Assembly: GCA_963804995.1 (NCBI GenBank)
Contig: CAWDSK010000001.1
Coordinates: forward strand, 192,001-256,000
Direction of reading: 5' to 3'
Length of the DNA stretch: 64,000 nucleotides
From: an uncultured Acidobacteriota bacterium
GTDB taxonomy: Bacteria; Acidobacteriota; Terriglobia; UBA7540
This document shows, in pieces, positions 61,309 to 64,000 of the stretch; positions within the stretch are counted from its first letter, which is position 1, and each line of letters begins with the position of its first letter. Position numbers and translations under genes: made by a program. A model generated the notes under the pieces. The model was given only the letters and a program-made list of their open reading frames with translations, was not told the origin of the DNA and ran no database searches.

Positions 61309-61701
61309 TAGAGAGCTATATCCCTCTGATTTGGCAGCTTCCTTCAAGCGGTTCCGAAGCGCCGTCAGCATCTTGCTGTTCTCTGTAATCAGGCCCGAGG
61401 CCACTGAAGCCTCACCTTCGGTAACGTAGCTGAGTCGAATAGCTAACATCAAGAAGGTTTCCGTTTCCATCAATGAGCCTTTAGCGATCGCAACGAAGTT
61501 TGCAAAATCCTTTCTTGTTGCGCGGGCGTGACCTTCCGCAATATTGGCGGGAACTGAGGCCGCGGCGCGGGTAATCTGGGCCACGAGCCGATAGGTCTCA
61601 GAGTGGGGAAGCTTTGCGGCGAGCTTGTAAATTTCTACGGCCAGATCCATTGCCTTTTGCCATACTGTCAAGTCACGATGTGATTGAACTGATTTTTCCA
61701 T
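61306..61701 (-). CDS. Four-helix-bundle protein (23S-IVS protein / Avd-like family)
   Basis: SHRDLTVWQKAMDLA, QITRAAASVPANIAEG, IAKGSLMETET. Confidence 0.9.
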   Translation of the reverse strand: MEKSVQSHRDLTVWQKAMDLAVEIYKLAAKLPHSETYRLVAQITRAAASVPANIAEGHARATRKDFANFVAIAKGSLMETETFLMLAIRLSYVTEGEASVASGLITENSKMLTALRNRLKEAAKSEGYSSL

Positions 61702-61744
61702 GATTATTCCGTCCCGCTGGATAAGCGGCCCCCAACATTCTGGA

Positions 61745-61820
61745 ACCTGTCCCCTGTAACCTGTTCCCTATCCCCTGTTCCCTATTCCCTGTTCCCTGTA
61801 ACCTGTCCCCTGTAACCTAC
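61745..61820 (-). repeat. Heptamer array, right arm, inverted relative to 61234-61308
   Basis: Units tgtcccc/tgtaacc/tgttccc are reverse complements of the left-arm units. Confidence 0.9.
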
Positions 61821-63215
61821 TTGCAGCTTCGCATCGATCCGGTCGTGAATCCAATGCGGGTCCCACCATTCGACGGGGTTCACGGGAATACCATCGAGCA
61901 GCATGGTGAAGTGCAGGTGGTCGCCCGCGGCGAGTCCGGTCTGACCGCTGCGGCCGATCTCCTGCTCGCGTTTCACCTGATCGCCCTCTTTAACGCCGAT
62001 GAAACTCAAGTGGCCGTACAGACTCTGAAGGCCGCAGCCGTGATCGATGACCACCGCGTTTCCGAAAATCCCAAAGAATCCCGCAAACACGATGGTGCCG
62101 TCATTGGCCGCGCGCACGGGCATATGCTCCAGGCCTGCGAGGTCAAAGCCCAGGTGCGTCTGATGATCCACAGGCTGGCCGTCGTAAACATAAGTGCGGT
62201 AGTCAGCAAAGCTGGCTTCGGTTTTGGCGGCCAGGCGGAGGAAAGGCCCCTTCCACAAGAATCTTGGCGCCGTGCGTTGGGAGAAGGCCACAAGCTTGTG
62301 CGCGTCCTCCTGCCGAAGCGAGCCGTTGATGAGCAGGAAATTCTTGATCAAGCTTCCCTGGTCGCGAAGTTCGGGCGTCTGGCTCATGATGGGAGGGACA
62401 ACGTTCTCCAGAAATTTTCCGCCCTGGATCTTTCCCAGGTCGAGCGTGTCAGAGTGGAATTTCTTGGGAAAGACCTTGTAGTTGAAGTTGGCCACGGTTT
62501 CGTTGCCGGCATCGTCGCGAGCCACGACGCGCGCGGTGGTCGAAGGGTCAACGTTATAGGCGTAAGCAAAAAGGCACAGGCGTATTTCCGGCTGGGAAGC
62601 TTTCACAGGCCAACTGGGAAAAAAGGAGTCACCCACTTGCACGCCGGACTCCGCGGTTCCTGATGAGACTTTAAAAACCACCATATCGCAGCCGCCCTGG
62701 TTGATGTAGTGCAGCGTGGTCAGCACCTCAACTGCCGGCGGAGCAAATCGCACGGGCAGGTCCAACACTACTTCGCCACGCCCGCCACGAAAGAAGCGTC
62801 CCCAGGAATCATTGAGGGCGGTGATGCGCACCGTGGCACGGCCCTCTTTCAGTTCGGGAGCCACTTCGTGGCCCACTGGGATGGTCAGGGCAGCGGAACT
62901 CACCGGGCCGCCCGGCCAGAATCTCCACCAGGGATGCGGGCGGGCGGAAAAGGCCATGTTGGCTTGATGCACCACCTGGCCATTCTGCACCACCTCAACG
63001 GTCAGAGCCTTGAGGTTATGCTTCGCGTCCCGCGCTTCGAGGGTGAGGTCGGTGCGTTGCCCCAGGCCCTTGGGAGCTTTTTGGACGACTATCAGCGGCC
63101 CCTGGCGGCTTGCGACTTTCAAGATCAGGGCAAGAAGAACAACGCCCAGTACGACCACGAAAAAGACCACGGCCGCTCCGATCCCTCTTTCTGATTTGGC
63201 ACGAAGGTTAAGCAA
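61782..63215 (-). CDS. M23-family metallopeptidase
   Basis: THLGFDLA, GNAVVIDHG, YGHLS, GDHLHF; N-terminal TM segment. Confidence 0.9.
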   Translation of the reverse strand: MLNLRAKSERGIGAAVVFFVVVLGVVLLALILKVASRQGPLIVVQKAPKGLGQRTDLTLEARDAKHNLKALTVEVVQNGQVVHQANMAFSARPHPWWRFWPGGPVSSAALTIPVGHEVAPELKEGRATVRITALNDSWGRFFRGGRGEVVLDLPVRFAPPAVEVLTTLHYINQGGCDMVVFKVSSGTAESGVQVGDSFFPSWPVKASQPEIRLCLFAYAYNVDPSTTARVVARDDAGNETVANFNYKVFPKKFHSDTLDLGKIQGGKFLENVVPPIMSQTPELRDQGSLIKNFLLINGSLRQEDAHKLVAFSQRTAPRFLWKGPFLRLAAKTEASFADYRTYVYDGQPVDHQTHLGFDLAGLEHMPVRAANDGTIVFAGFFGIFGNAVVIDHGCGLQSLYGHLSFIGVKEGDQVKREQEIGRSGQTGLAAGDHLHFTMLLDGIPVNPVEWWDPHWIHDRIDAKLQVGYRGQVTGNRE

Positions 63216-63298
63216 TGAGTTCCTCCCTAAGAAGCGAAATTCGAAACTTGCCCCGAGTTTCGAGCTGCCATTTTCAAGTTGCGTCGTGCGGAATTGGC

Positions 63299-63940
63299 TC
63301 AGTCTGCGGGTTTCAGGACCTGAATGCGGAGGTTGCGAAAGTCCACGCGATTTGTGTGACTGGCAAGCCCGATGTAACCTTCGTTCGGAACCCTGCTGAG
63401 AGGACGTTGCTCGGCGAAGACAAACGCCGGGTCATTAAAGTCGATCTTATGAATCCGATTTCGATTCAGATAGACCGTCAGGCGGCGGCCGACGCAGGTT
63501 ATCTCGATTTCATTCCATTCGCCGGCTTTTCGGCCTACGCTATAAAGGGGGATGATGGCGCCGTAAACCGCTCCGGTGCTGTGCAGGTCCGTGGGCTGAC
63601 CTTCGTCATCAAGAACTGGTATTTCGAACCCGGTGAACGCGGGGTTTCCCTGTTCCGCAGCGCGCAGGAAGATCCCGCTGGCTGCGCCTTTGGTGAGCCG
63701 ATACTCAAGCCGCAAGACAAAGTCGGTGTAACGCCGGTCGGTCCGCAACCAGCCGCCCTTGCCCTCCGTCCACAGGAGATTGTTTTCGGCGTGCCAATCC
63801 GCCTCTCCCATGACGTGCCAACCAGCCAGACTCAAGCCGTCGAAGAGCGGGGCGAACCCCGGGTCATCAAGATCTTCGGCCGTTGAGGCGAACGCGAAAG
63901 CCAGAAACAGTATCAAGAAACAGCCGAGCTTCCTTAACAT
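63299..63940 (-). CDS. DUF1080 (3-keto-disaccharide hydrolase-like) secreted protein
   Basis: LFDGLSLAGW, YTDFVLRLEY, SGIFLR, GEWNEIEI, GYIGL, FRNLRI. Confidence 0.85.
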   Translation of the reverse strand: MLRKLGCFLILFLAFAFASTAEDLDDPGFAPLFDGLSLAGWHVMGEADWHAENNLLWTEGKGGWLRTDRRYTDFVLRLEYRLTKGAASGIFLRAAEQGNPAFTGFEIPVLDDEGQPTDLHSTGAVYGAIIPLYSVGRKAGEWNEIEITCVGRRLTVYLNRNRIHKIDFNDPAFVFAEQRPLSRVPNEGYIGLASHTNRVDFRNLRIQVLKPAD

Positions 63941-64000
63941 CCCGGGTGACACTCCCCACAAGATGGCCCTAACCCCCGAGCCTATGTTACAAGATACAAG

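Overview
GC-rich bacterial chromosomal segment, most likely from an Acidobacteriota (Terriglobia-like) genome. This is inferred from the GWxTD protein, the MacAB-type cluster, futalosine-pathway mqnE and the style of intergenic repeats. The housekeeping backbone is: a MacAB-like ABC exporter; a PAP2/PHP/MGDG-synthase lipid module; mtnA, pta, pyrC; the ffh-rpsP-khpA-rimM-trmD-rplS-(padR cassette)-rnhB run; pepP; a GT2; mqnE/ubiA/ubiX; larB, purB and an EF-G paralogue; a sugar-type transporter, nucleoside hydrolase, M23 peptidase and DUF1080 protein. The accessory layer is rich. (i) A complete group II intron sits inside a REP-like hairpin, with a visible EBS1-IBS1 match. (ii) An anti-phage dCTP-deaminase-like gene is followed by an unannotated peptide. 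(iii) Two integrase-free insertions are each bounded by a diverged duplicate of the host gene's 3' end: vapBC at mqnE, and an 11.7-kb island with decayed toxin genes at the transporter gene. (iv) An IS1182 has two MITE derivatives. (v) A 1.5-kb element with a 5-bp target duplication disrupts a membrane-protein gene. (vi) A four-helix-bundle gene is bracketed by inverted heptamer arrays. (vii) Several families of nested palindromic repeats occur, including a 61-63 bp element with constant ends and a variable core. Several extra-base frameshifts in conserved genes look like sequencing/consensus errors. No rRNA, tRNA or CRISPR array was seen.
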